Below are positions 49,977 to 63,568 of a stretch of DNA of 64,000 bases, in pieces. The notes beneath the pieces were generated by a model. It was given only the letters and a program-made list of their open reading frames with translations, was not told the DNA's origin and did no database searches. The position numbers and the translations under genes are program-made. Position 1 is the first letter of the stretch, and every line of letters starts with the position of its first letter. Source of the DNA: Takakia lepidozioides (taxonomy: Eukaryota; Plantae; Bryophyta); NCBI GenBank assembly GCA_030704615.1, contig CM060731.1:40920001-40984000 (forward strand). Direction: 5' to 3'.

Positions 49977-51506
49977 AAGTAATTCAAAGGCAGAGGGTTA
50001 GTCTCACTGATTCTGATACTGTAGTGCTACATGTTCTATCAAAAGCATCATAAGCCTGCAGTAACTCCTTGAACTAGAGATTGATGCAAAGTAAAACACT
50101 GCAAAAGAGTGGTCAGGTACATTAGTTAAGAATCCGCAATTCTGGTGATTGCAGAATTGGCTCCCTTGACATACTACTTGTCTTACTCTTCTGTTCTATT
50201 TCTAAGAAATGGTTGGTGTTTTCCTGGTATGTCTGAAACTGTGGCAATATGAATGCTCTCCACATTTTTTGGCCAACTCCCCATGCCACTCAACTAATAT
50301 ATTGCCATGTCCGCAGTAATGGAATGCTCATATTCCAACTCACAAAGAGAGAGAACCCCAATTCAGACTCTCCAATTAGGTGCAAGTTTTGTCATTGTGA
50401 CATAATCTTGTCAAGATTATGACAAGGATTGTGACAAGTACAACATAATCTTGTCTTGTCAACAGAGTCTCATAAGACTACTACATCCCTATTTAGTAGT
50501 CTATGCAAGTCTTTGTCTCTTCAATGCCTCTCAGTGGTTTATGTTGCAATTGAACTGTAGATTACATCTCCACTCAGCAGTGTGAAAATTTGATGAAAGA
50601 ACCGAGTTCTCAATGGTCCATTGGATGCTGTAACATTACTTTGAGAAGGGAGCAGGACTTGCTGGAGGAGCTCACATCTTCAAGCACTAAATTTTCTCCC
50701 ACAGTGACTAATAAGCCTGCAAACGGACGGTACCGAAACTGACCTCCCAAATCCAAGCACCTTACGTTCCTGCACTGACCTAATTGAGATTTTATTGGAA
50801 AAAGAGGCCTGAAACTTAAAGTGTTCTTTACTTTTGCACAACCATCTTCAATCCGAAAAAGTCGAGTCTGCTTGGATTTAGAATAACCTGCTGAGATTTT
50901 ATCCCCTCCAATGGGCCCTCCAAAATATTATAGAGCTTTCTTCTCCTTTCTTTAGAGCTAAGTACAATCTAATCTATCACTAAAAAGTTATCAAGTTGCA
51001 TTGCTACAGAGTAACTACTTGATTATAGCTCTCCTCAAAAGCTCCACCGCAGTGAATATTCGTAAGCAGTCCTGGAGACAAGGCCTGTGCTATGCTAGAG
51101 AAGATATCCAGCTCACCTCTATGATACACAGTCAACTGATAAGCAAGGGGTGACATCTCTGCCCCAGAAAAAATCGAATTCTTTGCTTCGTGAGCAGGTC
51201 TCCTTGTAGCTCCCTAGGCAATCTTGTACTCTGTCTTTAGGCCTTACAATTTGCAAAGGTTGGCCTTGCCTATGCATAACCTAGGTGATCTAGGGTTCAA
51301 AGTGTCCACTTTCCAAAGGAAGGGAGTATCCCTTGGGAGTGAGGAGACACCATAATTTGTATTTCCTTGAGTTATAGGGCCCAGCCCCAGTAGGCGTGAG
51401 GCGAAGTGGCTCTTAGTTACGCCGGCTTCGGCCGGAGTCTTGGACTCTCTCTACTTACTTGAGGAGGGGTCATCATCTTTTTTTTTAATTTTACAAAGGA
51501 TGAATG

Positions 51507-51794
51507 CAGTGTTTTTTTCTTGAAATTTGGAAAATACTAACAGGAGTGGCTACTGAGTGGCTACTGAGTTTTGCAAGACATAGCCATATTTTCTGTTCAT
51601 CCACTGAAATTTGGATAGAATCATTTTCCTCAGTACTTTCATCCATATTTGGCAAATTCATCCAAGATTTATATTTTATTTGGAGAAGTTTGGCGCTTTC
51701 ATCCATGAGAAAACAAAGGAATTTACGACAGAATATTCCATTTTATTTCTTGAGGTCGAAAAAGTACGAAATTTCGCCAGAAATAATAACACCG
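51507..51794. mobile_element. hAT-type MITE, copy 2, with an 8-bp TSD
   Basis: Imperfect TIRs CAGTGTTTTTTTCT.../...AGAAATAATAACACCG. Perfect flanking GATGAATG at 51499-51506 and 51795-51802. Confidence 0.85.
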
Positions 51795-52076
51795 GATGAA
51801 TGGTGCTGCCAGAATTCTGTGGCCGGTGGGGCTGGTCAAATCTTCCCCACCCGCACTCTCATCCCATGGGGTTGCCAAGACTCCACTCCCCTAACATCTA
51901 GAGAGTTTAAAAGTGGTACGGGGTGTTAGTAGTTGGTGAGCGGGTGAGCATACCAAAATTTTGTTCAGCATAAAATCAAAAGTGAATATTATCTGAGCAC
52001 AATTTGATACTTTCAGACACAATAAATTTAGACAATTTTTTTAAAACAATTATATGCTCACATTAATTTATACATA

Positions 52077-52677
52077 CTAGGGTAGCCTGTACCGTTGGCG
52101 CAAGTGTCCAATGTCATCTAAGTCCAAGTGCAGTCCCCTACGTATCCGGAGACCCCCTCTTTGTGGAGAGCTAGGGTAGCCTGTGCCATTGGCCCATGGG
52201 TGGAGAATTGAAATCTAAGCCAATTGCAATCTCCTATGTATCCAGGTGTTTCTCTCATGTAGAGGCCCAAGTGCGACCTCCAATGTCCAATATCATTTAA
52301 GTCCAAGTGCAATCCCCTATGCATCCAAAGACCCTGCAGTTTGGGAGATCTCCACGCCATTGTTGCAACAAACCCCACTTTGCTATTCTTGCAATCTCCC
52401 TTGTCGAGGCTTCATACATTGATATATCTACTTTGCTATTTTTTGCAAATTTCCAGCGACCAGGAGTACTTGAAACTCCAAATCTCCCAAGTGAAAGGCC
52501 AATCATTGCTCCAGGAAAGCCCACTCTGCTATTTTTCCCGAATTTCCAGCGACCCAAAGTACTTGAAATTCGGTATCTCTCGCACCGCAAGTCCAAAAAT
52601 TGTGGGACCAAGCCGGTGCACCCCTCCTCACCCAGGGCTTTCCAACGGCACCAAGCACCAGGGCTGGGCCAGCGGTT
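52077..52677 (-). mobile_element. Non-autonomous repeat with Helitron-like 3' ends
   Basis: The minus strand ends ...TGCGCCAACGGTACAGGCTACCCTAG|T (imperfect hairpin, then CTAG). A second such end lies at 52171. It contains the repeat shared with 13968-14288. Confidence 0.45.
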
Positions 52678-54106
52678 TTCTTCAGAAACAACAATTTAAA
52701 CAATTTTTTAAAAACAATTATATGCTCACATTAATTTATGCATATGAGCATTGGTCTTTGTAGTTTGTTTGGTTTGGAGTTTGGTTAGGGATTAAGGTTC
52801 GGCATCATGTAGTTCGCCAGTGTAATCACAAATTACACTATGTATGTGTAGTTCGCAGCCGAGAATCAAGCCCAATACTATTTCTAAGCCTGATCTGAAC
52901 CTATATCCGAAGCCATCTTATACGTGTCAAACCCATAAACCTCGTCGAACCTACGGGTCTGATTAGATTCTCATGTCCCAACCAAAAACAATTTGGCCGA
53001 TCACCTGCTCACCACCCCTCATCCCCCAGTTGAGGATATAGGCGTGCATGTATTCCATATCGCACTAACCTACGTGGCAGTACGTGCCATCAGACATGCC
53101 ACGCATGCTCTCCCTAGTCTTTTGACTTTTGCAGCCATGAAATTGCTCTTAAATAGTCGGCTTCACTTCTGTTTCTCACAGTCCCTTTGGGCAACCCACA
53201 GGCTTTCCTCTCCTCTAGTCTTGTTTCTGTTAATAAAGCTCTCAACAGAGGCATTAAATACTTAGAGATCAAACAGTTTTCCCACTGATATCCACTCTAC
53301 AGCGATTGATTGATTGTTTGCGGGAGCCAAGGAGGGAGACAAGAAGTTAGCTTTCGAGGTTTCCATGGCGACCTCACGAGGTGTTCTCATACTCTAGCTC
53401 CACAGTGGTCTTGGGCTGCAGGATATATGAGGAGAGAGAGTGTGAGGATTGCCCGAAAATCGATCAAACATGCGTGAGAGCGAAGGACTGGCCTCGTGTG
53501 CAGACAAGTTTAGTGGAGTTGAGTTAGGCAAGAAGTAAGTAGAGCATTGTTAAGGGAAGTTGAAGCGTGTCCAGTGACTGCTATCGAGAAGCATGTGAGA
53601 GAGTGAATGCCGTGGATGGCCTACATGATCTGACGCCATGGAAAGGGGCTACCAAAGAACCCGAGGAGGAAATCGGAGTTTTGTGACATGCACGACGGTT
53701 CTTGTTCAGCGTTGGGCGGCCTGGCAAGAAGTTTGAGATGCTCTACCTGCGTGCGAGAGGGTGACCGCACGTTCGGCAGTCATTGAGGGACTGTCTGAGC
53801 GGGGGAAGATAGAAATTAGTAGAGAAAGGAGAATTGGGGCTCTACGAGTTGCTGAATTATGAGATAGTCAGCTAAACTGCCGCATGTTGGTGGCGGCACA
53901 GTCTAATCTGCTGCATGGTGGAGGTGGGTGCTTTCCCGATGTTGCTGTTGAACGATGGTTTAAGGGAGACAGAAGTCCCCGACGGTTTGCAGCGTACTAG
54001 TCGGCAGAAGTAGACCAGCAGGAGACGCTGAGCACCAGTTATTGTAAGTCTTGAGAAGCGACTTCGACCTGTACACATTTATGGTTTGATCGAACCTTTA
54101 ACCGTG

Positions 54107-55630
54107 ATGGCGGCTCGGGGAGGAGGGAAGGTCACAGGGAAAGCATCCCTGCGGTTCATTTACGCATCATGGGTGTTTCTTTGCTGCTTGCTAGCAATAT
54201 TTTTGTTAAGAGGGTCAGATCTGCAAAAGCTGATTTTTCTTCAAACTGCCTACAATTTGCCTTCCTGCCCAATTTTCCTGAAAGCGTCACCTTTGCCTAC
54301 TGATGCTTCCTTCTACAATTCGTCAGTCAAGCTGCCTCTTCCAAAGAATCCCACGGTGCATGAGGCCTTTGCAAATAAGATTCTGTATTGGGACAACATC
54401 ACAGTGCCAGCACCCAGAGGGCTACACACCAGAATCGAGGAGAACCAGAACTACAAGCGATTTGGGCTCACCTCCCTCACGGACGTGTGTCTCCGACCTG
54501 ATGGGAAACTCCTGGTGGTGGGGGCATCTGCAGACGAGATTCTACGCAGCGTGGAAGCTGCAGGCCCAGCCACTGCTGAAGAATGGAAACAAACATACAA
54601 CTGCTCCTTTGGCTGCGCAGGAGTTGAAATGCTGGACGAAACTCCAGACGATGCACTGTGGATGAGTGGCAATACAACCCACATCATTCCATACCTTGGC
54701 AATGTTTTCCATCACTTTGGAGACAGGGTGTGGCCCCATATTGCGGGTTCTCAATTTCCCCTCAACGAGACCACCATGAAGCCTGTCAACCATTTTTTAG
54801 TGCACAACATGGAAGCATGGCTCAGGCAAGCGCACGAAAATGTTGACAGAGACACATTGATGTTCCAGGTGCGCATCTTGGGCCAGCTGTGGCCGCAATC
54901 TGATTATCTCCAGCATGCAGAACACGAGACCCGCCCTCTCTGCTTCCAGCGCCTCACACTGGCATGTGTAACCTGCGATAGAGTCAGCAGGAACCTCGGG
55001 CCTGATATTTACGTCCCTGCACTTCTCAAGTACCGGGAGGCCGCACTAGCCTTCTTTGGAATCCCAGAGCCGGAAGTCCCCCTTCCTCCCCAGCCCCTAA
55101 GGGTGACGCTCTATGGGCGAAACGACACATCCAGAAGAAGGGTGCCGAACATTCTCGACGTCACTGACCATCTTCGGAGCTGGGCAGGGCCTCCTCTGCA
55201 AGTTACTCTTGTCGATGAGTTGCTTGCTAGTGGTGCATACCGTCAAAGCTTGCCTGAGGTCGTTTCTCTCATGTCGCGCACTGACATCTTCATAACAGTT
55301 CACGGGGCCAACACCTGGGCTTCCATCTTCCTGCCCAAGCGTGCTGCTGTGATCGAGATCCATGGCCCCTGCGGACCCTTCAGCTGGTTGCACACCATTG
55401 TGGAGGCGCTGAAACTGAAGCATGAAACTAAGGACAATCCCTGGGCTGATGCAATCCCCTCTCCACTTGCAGGCAACACCACAAAATGCGAGAGCCCCCA
55501 GAGAACTCCAGACTTCACTATTGATATTCAGAAACTCGACAGCATCATGAATTCCTTGGCACTTCCACAAGGCTCCGGTGACAGATTACCTCTCCACTGG
55601 TTATACAATTGGGCAACACATTCATACTAA
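54107..55630 (+). CDS. Glycosyltransferase family 61-like (DUF563) type II membrane protein, single exon
   Basis: N-terminal TM helix, GNVFHHFGD, PLCFQRL, LRVTLYGRN..RRRVPN, MSRTDIFITVHGANTWASIFLP..AAVIEI. Confidence 0.82.
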   Translation: MAARGGGKVTGKASLRFIYASWVFLCCLLAIFLLRGSDLQKLIFLQTAYNLPSCPIFLKASPLPTDASFYNSSVKLPLPKNPTVHEAFANKILYWDNITVPAPRGLHTRIEENQNYKRFGLTSLTDVCLRPDGKLLVVGASADEILRSVEAAGPATAEEWKQTYNCSFGCAGVEMLDETPDDALWMSGNTTHIIPYLGNVFHHFGDRVWPHIAGSQFPLNETTMKPVNHFLVHNMEAWLRQAHENVDRDTLMFQVRILGQLWPQSDYLQHAEHETRPLCFQRLTLACVTCDRVSRNLGPDIYVPALLKYREAALAFFGIPEPEVPLPPQPLRVTLYGRNDTSRRRVPNILDVTDHLRSWAGPPLQVTLVDELLASGAYRQSLPEVVSLMSRTDIFITVHGANTWASIFLPKRAAVIEIHGPCGPFSWLHTIVEALKLKHETKDNPWADAIPSPLAGNTTKCESPQRTPDFTIDIQKLDSIMNSLALPQGSGDRLPLHWLYNWATHSY

Positions 55631-58600
55631 TTTTGATTTAAAGGCATGACCTGGAGCATCAAATTTTGAGTCCTTTCAACTGTCTGCGGCAATCTAATTG
55701 TCAATCACTTTGCATTCATAGAAATTTGGAGAATCTGAAGGAGATGGAGGGACCTTAAATGAACTAAGAGCAGTGAGTCAAGAGGCCGACTGAATACCCC
55801 TGTGATCTTGGATTCAAATTGTGCAACTGGTCACAGTGCGATCTCGCCTATAATGCGCTATTACTGAGCTTGTATGCTAGCAGCCTTGTGCCTGTAGCTT
55901 TGTCAAAGGAAGGGCTGACGTTCCCACTCGTGACTCACTTCAGATCCTAGAGAAAAATAAAAAAGGCTCTCTTCTTGGGATCCTCAAGCTGTACAGTCCT
56001 CCTGACATTTTGTTTTGCTCGCACTGCTGGATAACAAGACATTGGAGCAAGCACTTGAATCAGTTACGATCAGAGAAAGCGAAGCCTCTTTTTGCTTTCC
56101 GATATAGGCACTACTGGGACAGGCGCTTGTTTCAGTGGAGATTTGCTTGCTGATTTAATCTCGGTCATGGATCATGGCTCGTCTCTTGCGTGCTCATCAT
56201 CATCATCCTCATTATCATCGAAACTCTTTTCTGCAGTTGTGTACTGACTGAAGCCCGTTAAGCGCTTGTGTTTGCCAATGTGCACTTCTTTGATGGCAGT
56301 TTTCTTGGATACCATCGCAATGATGCATCCCATCTTATGGTATTCAAACATGGATTTGCTTTCAGCCAGGTAGGGGAGACAGTCTGAGAGCCATTGTTGA
56401 AGGCATGCTTTTGTATGCTGTGAACAAGGTTGATTTCTGGAACATTTGTTGGTGGGGAGACACTCGAGGAGATTCCACAGTGGGCTTCTTGGCCACATTT
56501 AGTCTTGTGAACTCTCACAAAGAACCTGTTTTGAATCGACCCACCATCCTGTTCGGTTCAGACAAGCTCTTCTTCTTTGATGAGCCGAGGATCGGAAGTC
56601 GCTTGTTTTCCTTTGGTCGTTACAAAACAATAGGGACGGACCTTTCTTCCTCTGCGAGGTTGATGCCTGAAGTACCTTCATGTCGGTAATACCTGAAGTG
56701 TTGGAATGACAACGAAGACTCCCAACGCATGGCAAGATAGTATGGCCTAGCCATACAAGAGACCGCAGGATGCCTGAATATCCACGGCAACGGAGATGCG
56801 GATATGACCCATGTCATCCACATTCAACCAGCCCTCTACAAAACCCTAACCCACTGCCTCAAGTCTGTCATTCGCGGCGTTCTTCTCTTTTGACACGGTG
56901 AGACTTGTTGGGTTGCTGATGAGCGTGGAATTGTAGGAAGGATGGTCTGTCTCAGTCGCTTTGATCTGTGCGGTGTTTTTTTGCGTGGGGTTTTAGTGGT
57001 TTGTGCTGTCAAGGAATTTGTTTGCAATGTGTGTAGTCCCTGCTCTGAGCCTCTCTGTATTTCATATGAAATATGACAGAAGAGGTATGAAATACAGGGC
57101 AATAGTGATCTTTTGTTGTTGTTTTTCTCAGCCAAAGCTTGCGTGGTGATGGCGTCCAACAGCACTGCACATTAGTATTGACATGGAATGCTATCCATCA
57201 GTTGCTGAGACTCCCCATTTTAGCTAGCTCTGGTGTGTGTCTCATTAGCATTGTCGTTTTGGAGTGCAACGAGGACTTCTGAATGTTCAATCCGGATTCT
57301 GCCGCTGTCTTTGCTTGTTGAGTTCATCTGAGTCTTCCTTCCATGGAGGTTTCTGAGAGCTGTTGTCTGTGATTATTCGAATTTGTATGTATGAATGGTG
57401 TAGCCAATGACGACAGAAAATATTTGCTACTCTTGATGGTTTTCTCCACGTGATGATACTTTTACCACCAAGATCTGAGGCTTTGTTTATTCCATCGTCC
57501 ATGGTCTTCAACTGTGAGCTCGCGCATGAAGCTTAGGAGAAGAGTGTAGTCCACTTAACAGTCTGGCACTGCACAGTCTGGCTTTCATTCTCGGTTGTCT
57601 TAGTTTCCTACCTGATGTGGGCGGATCTTGACTCCTGTCATTCCATGTCTGTGTGCAAGACATTTACTCAGCAGTCCCCTTATGCGTATATTGTGCAACC
57701 TCTTGACCAATAATGACGTCGAAGTTGAGGGAAAGTCAGCTATAGCAAAGTGGTTTTAGGGTTACGCAGATCCCCTCTGCTGGTGAGTGTTTAATGTCTA
57801 TGTCATTCGGTGTACTGGTATGTCGAAGCACAAAGCCTACCCCGGGCATCTCTGATCACCATTGAGGAGAATGCCCTAAGCATGTGCAACATTCAATCAT
57901 GCTCCGTGTTGCTTGCCATGCTTTGCTTGCTGCGTGGCATGTGTTAAATGAGCAGGGACAAACCTTTTGAAAGAAATTTAAACTGTCTTGCTTGTCTGCA
58001 ACGTCCAAAGCTTTCCCACTTCGAATCCACTAGAGGTGGCCGTCTGATCAAAATGAACTCCCTCCAAGAAACCTTTGTAATTCTATGCAACGCAATCTTC
58101 ATTGCAGAATAGAACGTTGAGGTGCGGAGAGTGTGCATGCTAGTCGCCCAATTACTCTATTGTGGAGGTCAAAACACATTGACAGGTACGGTCTGGAAAG
58201 ACAGTATCTTACTCAGTCCAGAGGCAGCCTTGCCCTGTTCTATGCTGGACCTTTTCCTATCATATCTATCAGTTTCTCGGAGTAGACCTTCGAGATGCCA
58301 GCCAGAGATGTTTAGGGCTGATCTAAGGTGAAGATGCTAATGACTCATGGATGGATGCTTAGGCAGCGCAAAAATGTGAAACTCTCGTGGCAAGCGTCCC
58401 TTAGTAATGGGAATTGGCAGCTTGAGAAATGGAGCTTTAAGGAAAGACATGTAGAACACTTATTGCTTATGGTGAAGAAATTTTGCATTACAGACTGCAG
58501 TTTCTAGTGTAAGCAGGTGGGGTTGGTAACATTTTCGCATTGATAACATTGCCTCGCTTTCTCTTCATCTGGATGTTTCTTCCAACTCATTCCTGGCTGA

Positions 58601-59007
58601 AAGAGTAGCTGAGGTCATACTCAAAAGATGAAATGCATTTGAAAGTTTTCTTACCATGAACAGAGTGTCTTCCAGAGATATAAACATAATCATCATCAAA
58701 GCACAAAGCTTACGATTACTCCCTCCCTGCCCCTCAAACATCTCAGCAGCCATCAAAATATGTACAAAAGTATCAAAACACTAACCTGCGCCTTCGCAAC
58801 TGCAGGCTTCTTGCATGAAACAAACTCATAATAACTAAGTGCCCAACACAGATATACAGTAGACAGCTCTGTGGCCAGAGAATCAGCAAAAACTGTAGTC
58901 CATAGATGATGGGAATTGCTACTCACCATTACAAGTGCAAACCACAGTTCAAGGCCAAATAGTGCTATCTAAAAGGAATGTTTACTCATGTTTCGAATCT
59001 CACACAT

Positions 59008-61473
59008 TCACAAGTGGACTACCACAGCCAGCTTCCGAGGTGGGCCCCTGTCTTGCATGTCTGCAACTTGATGCCACTTCATCCCCTTGGAGGAAAATAC
59101 ACACACCGCGCCTGAAAACCCTGGTGACTCACTTAAACTGAAAACATAAAGCTCTTCCTTCCCAGCTGCTGCATAACATGACCATATCTCTTCATTTGAC
59201 CATGCACGGCTGCTCCTGGGGGTGGGCATCTCCATCCATCGCTGCATTTCCTCCTCAAATTTCCACATTTTCATGGACTTTTGACCCTCAGGACCCCAGG
59301 GCACACCCACCATGAGAAGGCTATGGCCCTCACACGCCACCAGACGGAAATTCCCCCCCCACCCATGCGGGTAAGGAGTCCCATGCACCACTTGTATCTT
59401 CTGCCACACCCGTCTTCTCAGGTCATAAGCAGCAATTTTTGTGGGTTGTGAACAAACAAAGAACTTGCCATTATAAACAGCAGCATGACCTTCAACCCCT
59501 TTGTAATCGAGGGGCAAACTCTCAATCTCTTCCCAGGAATCAGTAGCAAGATCATATATCTCTGCCGAGTGAAGTTCCTCACAAAGACCCCCTTCTCCAC
59601 CTGCAACTATGATCTTTTGTTTGCCTCCAAATTTCTGTTGTAGCCATTGTCCTTGTGGAAATGCAGACTTAAGACCAAAAACATCCCTGAAAACCCCAGC
59701 TGCAGGCTTTGATCGAGCATGTGTCATAGGTGCAGCGTCCTTCCATTTGTTGGTGAGAGGATTGTAGACCAGGACTGATGCTAGTGGTCTATTGACCTCC
59801 TGGCATCCCCCTAATACATAAATAAGACCCCCGGCTGCCACAACCGAATAGAATGAGCGCCCATGAAGAATCTCTGCAGGCCGAGATTGCCAGCGATCAA
59901 AGGACGGGTCATATGCTTGAATTACTGCTTTGCGACGGTCAGTATGTAACGGCAGCCATCCAAGTACAAATAGCCAGGGCTCCTGGGCACCCGCACATTT
60001 GCGGACAAAAAGTAAATGCAGAGGGAGGTGTAGACAGTGGGAAGAAGAGGTGCAGTGCACAGATGTGGGAGAAGTGTGGAAAAGTGCAGAAGACTGGGAT
60101 GATGGGGAGACGGGCCCAACTGAGGGTAGCGAAGATGCAAGGGAGCTGGATTGAGACAAGGGGTTGGGGAGGTCCCCAAGTGATACAAGTACAAAGTTTT
60201 GGAGAGAGGGAGGGATGAAGGAAGATATGGAGTTTCCTGAGGTTGAAACTGTCATTGTTCCAACAGGAGATGCAGAACTATGGAAGGAGAGAGAGGGAGA
60301 GATGTCAATCGAGGAAGGGTTCGGTGAAAGAGGTGTAGAACTATGAGGGGAGACAGAACTGCACGTACGGAATGACACAGAGGCAGAGCCATCTGGGGAG
60401 AGAGGGGTTGAGGTCTGTGACTGAAAAGAGACTGGTGAGTTTCTGGGGGAGATATGAGCAGGGCTATGGGAGGATTCAGAGGAGATCTGACTAGCATTAA
60501 AGACAGTGGGCGAAGAAGGCCCAGATGAAGCAGTGGAATGATCCCCTGAAAAGAACAATGTGCATGTCGCCACCTCAGTGTGCGAGAAAGACGCTGACAG
60601 GGGTGCCAGGAGGGAAGAAGAATTTGACAGGAGAGAAGCTCTTTCCAACTCCTCAATGGATTGCGATCGTCTGACCGGAGATGGGTTGTTTGGCAAAAGA
60701 GGAGGAGTTTCACCATGGGATGTAAGACAGCAGCGCTCAGTGGCCAAGGACAAAGAGAAGGTCATGAAAGATGGTGCAATCGTGGGGGCAGTAGAGCTGT
60801 GTGGCATGATAGAAAGGAGAGTGAACCATGTCTTACAGACCGTGCGTGCAATGACGATGGATCGAATGGGAAGCCTGGCAAGGCAAAGCTCCAGTGCCTC
60901 ACTAGGAATACCAAATTCCTTGCCCACTGTATCTTCTTCATCTTTTTTGTTTTCCTGTAAGCAAATCTCCATACCAATAATGGAACAGCTGTTGGAGACA
61001 GACCCTATGCGCGCCTTTTTTGTCTCTAAACTTGTTCTTTCTGACAGATACTTCTTTATGTGCAACATTCTATGATGCACGTATGCAAGAGACTGACATA
61101 AGTATCTGAATTTGCTGAAATGCCCCCTTGGTTTAAAGCACTGACTCGAAAGTATCTAGGCACAGCACTTTACCCCTTGTTTTTATCTCTACCAACCCAC
61201 CCTCTCCCATTTGCCATCTACGTCAAGGATTTTTCTGAGTACCTCACTAAAACTGTTGTTGATGTAACATACCTTTTGTAGCAGAGGAAGAGGTAGCCCA
61301 CATTGCACACCCTGCTCATGCAGGACCGTGTCGTCGCTATCGTCGTCCACATTGAATAGAATTTCTTGCCCTAAGTCGTTCTTGCTCTCCATCTCTTCAT
61401 CTATGGCCTCCAAGCCTAAGTCTGCGCTTGGACTCCCACCACTTGCAAGTTGGGGGTCGCGACCACCATCCAT
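59008..61473 (-). CDS. F-box/kelch-repeat protein; exons 61473-61273 and 60954-59008
   Basis: F-box IPSEALELCLARLPIRSIVIARTVCKTW. Kelch motifs GLIYVLGG, YNPLTNKWKDAAPM, IIVAGG, AEIYDLATDSWE. A phase-0 GT-AG intron joins the upstream ORF. Confidence 0.88.
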
Positions 61474-62803
61474 GTGCACACCGCTAAGAGAATCTACCAA
61501 AAACTTAAAGATCGGTCACAAACCTCCGCTCTCCGCCCGACGGTAGAATACATTTCACCCGGAATGCGCACAACTCCTCTCTCTCTCTCTCCGTCCCCAT
61601 TCACCTGTTAGAAGATGCAGGAACTACGAGAGGATAAAGGTGTGCTGCCACTGTTAGGGATAACAACAGCACAGGAGGCAGGAATGACTACACATCTTCC
61701 GGTGTCGTAAACTCTCCCTTTCGAGCCAGTAGTATAGAAAGGATGTTTTGAACAAAGGCACGAGTCTCAAGAACACGATGTTTGGAAAAAACCTTCTGTT
61801 CACATTCACATCGGGAAGCTTTCAATGATGGGCCACGTTGGGACAAGACCCAACATGCGGTTCTTCAACGTGGTGCGTCAAGGTGTTACAATTCTGTCCT
61901 TCAAATGAATCACAAACTTGGAAAGCACCGAACAATCCCGCCACTGATCATTTGTGCACCCAATTGTTGAAACTGTGAAAGAACAACCCCTGAAACAACA
62001 CGGAGATACCAACAGGCAGCAGTGTGGCTGTCCTGCTTTTGTTGGGAGCACTGAATTGGTGAACAGCGTGGGAGGGGGGGGGATTGCAAGATCTGAGTTG
62101 GATCTGCCTCACCTGCACTTTTCTGAAACATTCTATCACGCCTCCTCCGGAATTACACAAACCACAACGTGTGCAGGAGCCTCTCAGACGAATAGAAATT
62201 TGTTGCTCCGGCTGAACTGTTCATTTCCAAAGGACTTGCATTTGCTAATAAGCCAGCGACCTGGAACATCCTTGGATTAGTATCATGTTTCTAACCCTGT
62301 ATAAGCTTCATTCAATCAATCTCGGTTATCTGCATGGCCTTCGTGAGGGTTCATATAGAGCAAGCATGTTGTATAAGCTAATTGTCAGACACGAGACAAA
62401 ACAATAGAGAAGGGAACTTGGGGAATGAGAGAAAAGACAGAAGAGCGACGTAGAAATTGGAGATTCTACACAGTTCCACCTGTTCTGTGCGGATGTGTTC
62501 ATCCAGCCAACAGGTTGACCACGGGGAGACTTTTATTGAATGCCGTGGTAGAACATGTGCAGTCGGATCCTGTCCTCCCTCAGGCCCAAACGATCCTGCC
62601 TGCTGAAGAAACTTGTGGCGACATAACCTTCTGTGTAGGTCTCCCAGTGCCCAGGTGTTGCTGCTATAATATCGCTGGGTTCCGCGCTGAGCTTCGAGTC
62701 TTCTCAAGGATAGAGAATCTGGGTGCTTTTTTCAGGAGATTTCAGAGTTGGGTTATTTTATCACACACATAGATTGGATTGGATTGGATCTAGAAGTAGA
62801 AGC

Positions 62804-63568
62804 ATGGCGAGTGTGTTGAATCTTCAGGGAAAGACAGCCATCGTGACAGGAGGCTCGCAGGGTATAGGCAGGGAGATAAGCATCACTCTTGCAAGGCAAG
62901 GGGCATCTGTGGTAGTAAACTATGCCAGTAACGTAGACAAGGCAAACGAAACTGTTTCTCAAATTGAGAAGGCATCTGGAAAAGTCATCGCTGTGCAGGG
63001 CGATGTAAGCAGCGAGAGTGCTGTCAAGGGTCTCTTTGACAAGGCGGAGGAGGCTTTTGGGCCTGTGCACATAGTGATAAATTGTGGAGGAATGCTCTTG
63101 CCACACGTTCCGTCGGTGGAAAAGACGACCGAGGAGGAATGGGATAGGATCTACAGTGTGAACACCAAGGGCGCCTTTCTTGTTTCGAGGGAAGCGGCAA
63201 TTCGCATCCCACCAGGAGGAGGAGGCCGCATTGTCAACATTTCTACTATTCTAGTCTCCACATTGCTGCCCAACATGGCAGCTTATACCTCCAGCAAGGC
63301 AGCAGTGGAAACTTTCACTAAAATCTTAGCAAAGGAACTCAAAGGGAGCAGAATCACGGCCAATTCCGTGGCCCCGGGTCCTGTAGCCACAGAACTTTTC
63401 TATAGTTCGGTGACTGACACGATGGTAGAGTCCGTGATTGAGAGTACTCCACTGCAACGTCTGGGGCAACCGAGAGATATAGCAAATGTTGTCCTGTTTT
63501 TGGTTAGTGACGAGGGAGAGTGGGTGAATGGCCAAGTGATCCGCGCCGGTGGTGGTCTAGCTTCCTAA
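62804..63568 (+). CDS. Short-chain dehydrogenase/reductase (NADPH-dependent aldehyde reductase-like / FabG-like)
   Basis: TGGSQGIG, VVVNY, RIVNIST, YTSSK (YxxxK), ANSVAPGP, WVNGQVI; intronless. Confidence 0.93.
   Translation: MASVLNLQGKTAIVTGGSQGIGREISITLARQGASVVVNYASNVDKANETVSQIEKASGKVIAVQGDVSSESAVKGLFDKAEEAFGPVHIVINCGGMLLPHVPSVEKTTEEEWDRIYSVNTKGAFLVSREAAIRIPPGGGGRIVNISTILVSTLLPNMAAYTSSKAAVETFTKILAKELKGSRITANSVAPGPVATELFYSSVTDTMVESVIESTPLQRLGQPRDIANVVLFLVSDEGEWVNGQVIRAGGGLAS

Noticed and set aside
56100-57520. Chain of short minus-strand ORFs (possible pseudogene)
   Set aside because: Many stops and no recognisable motif; too weak to annotate.
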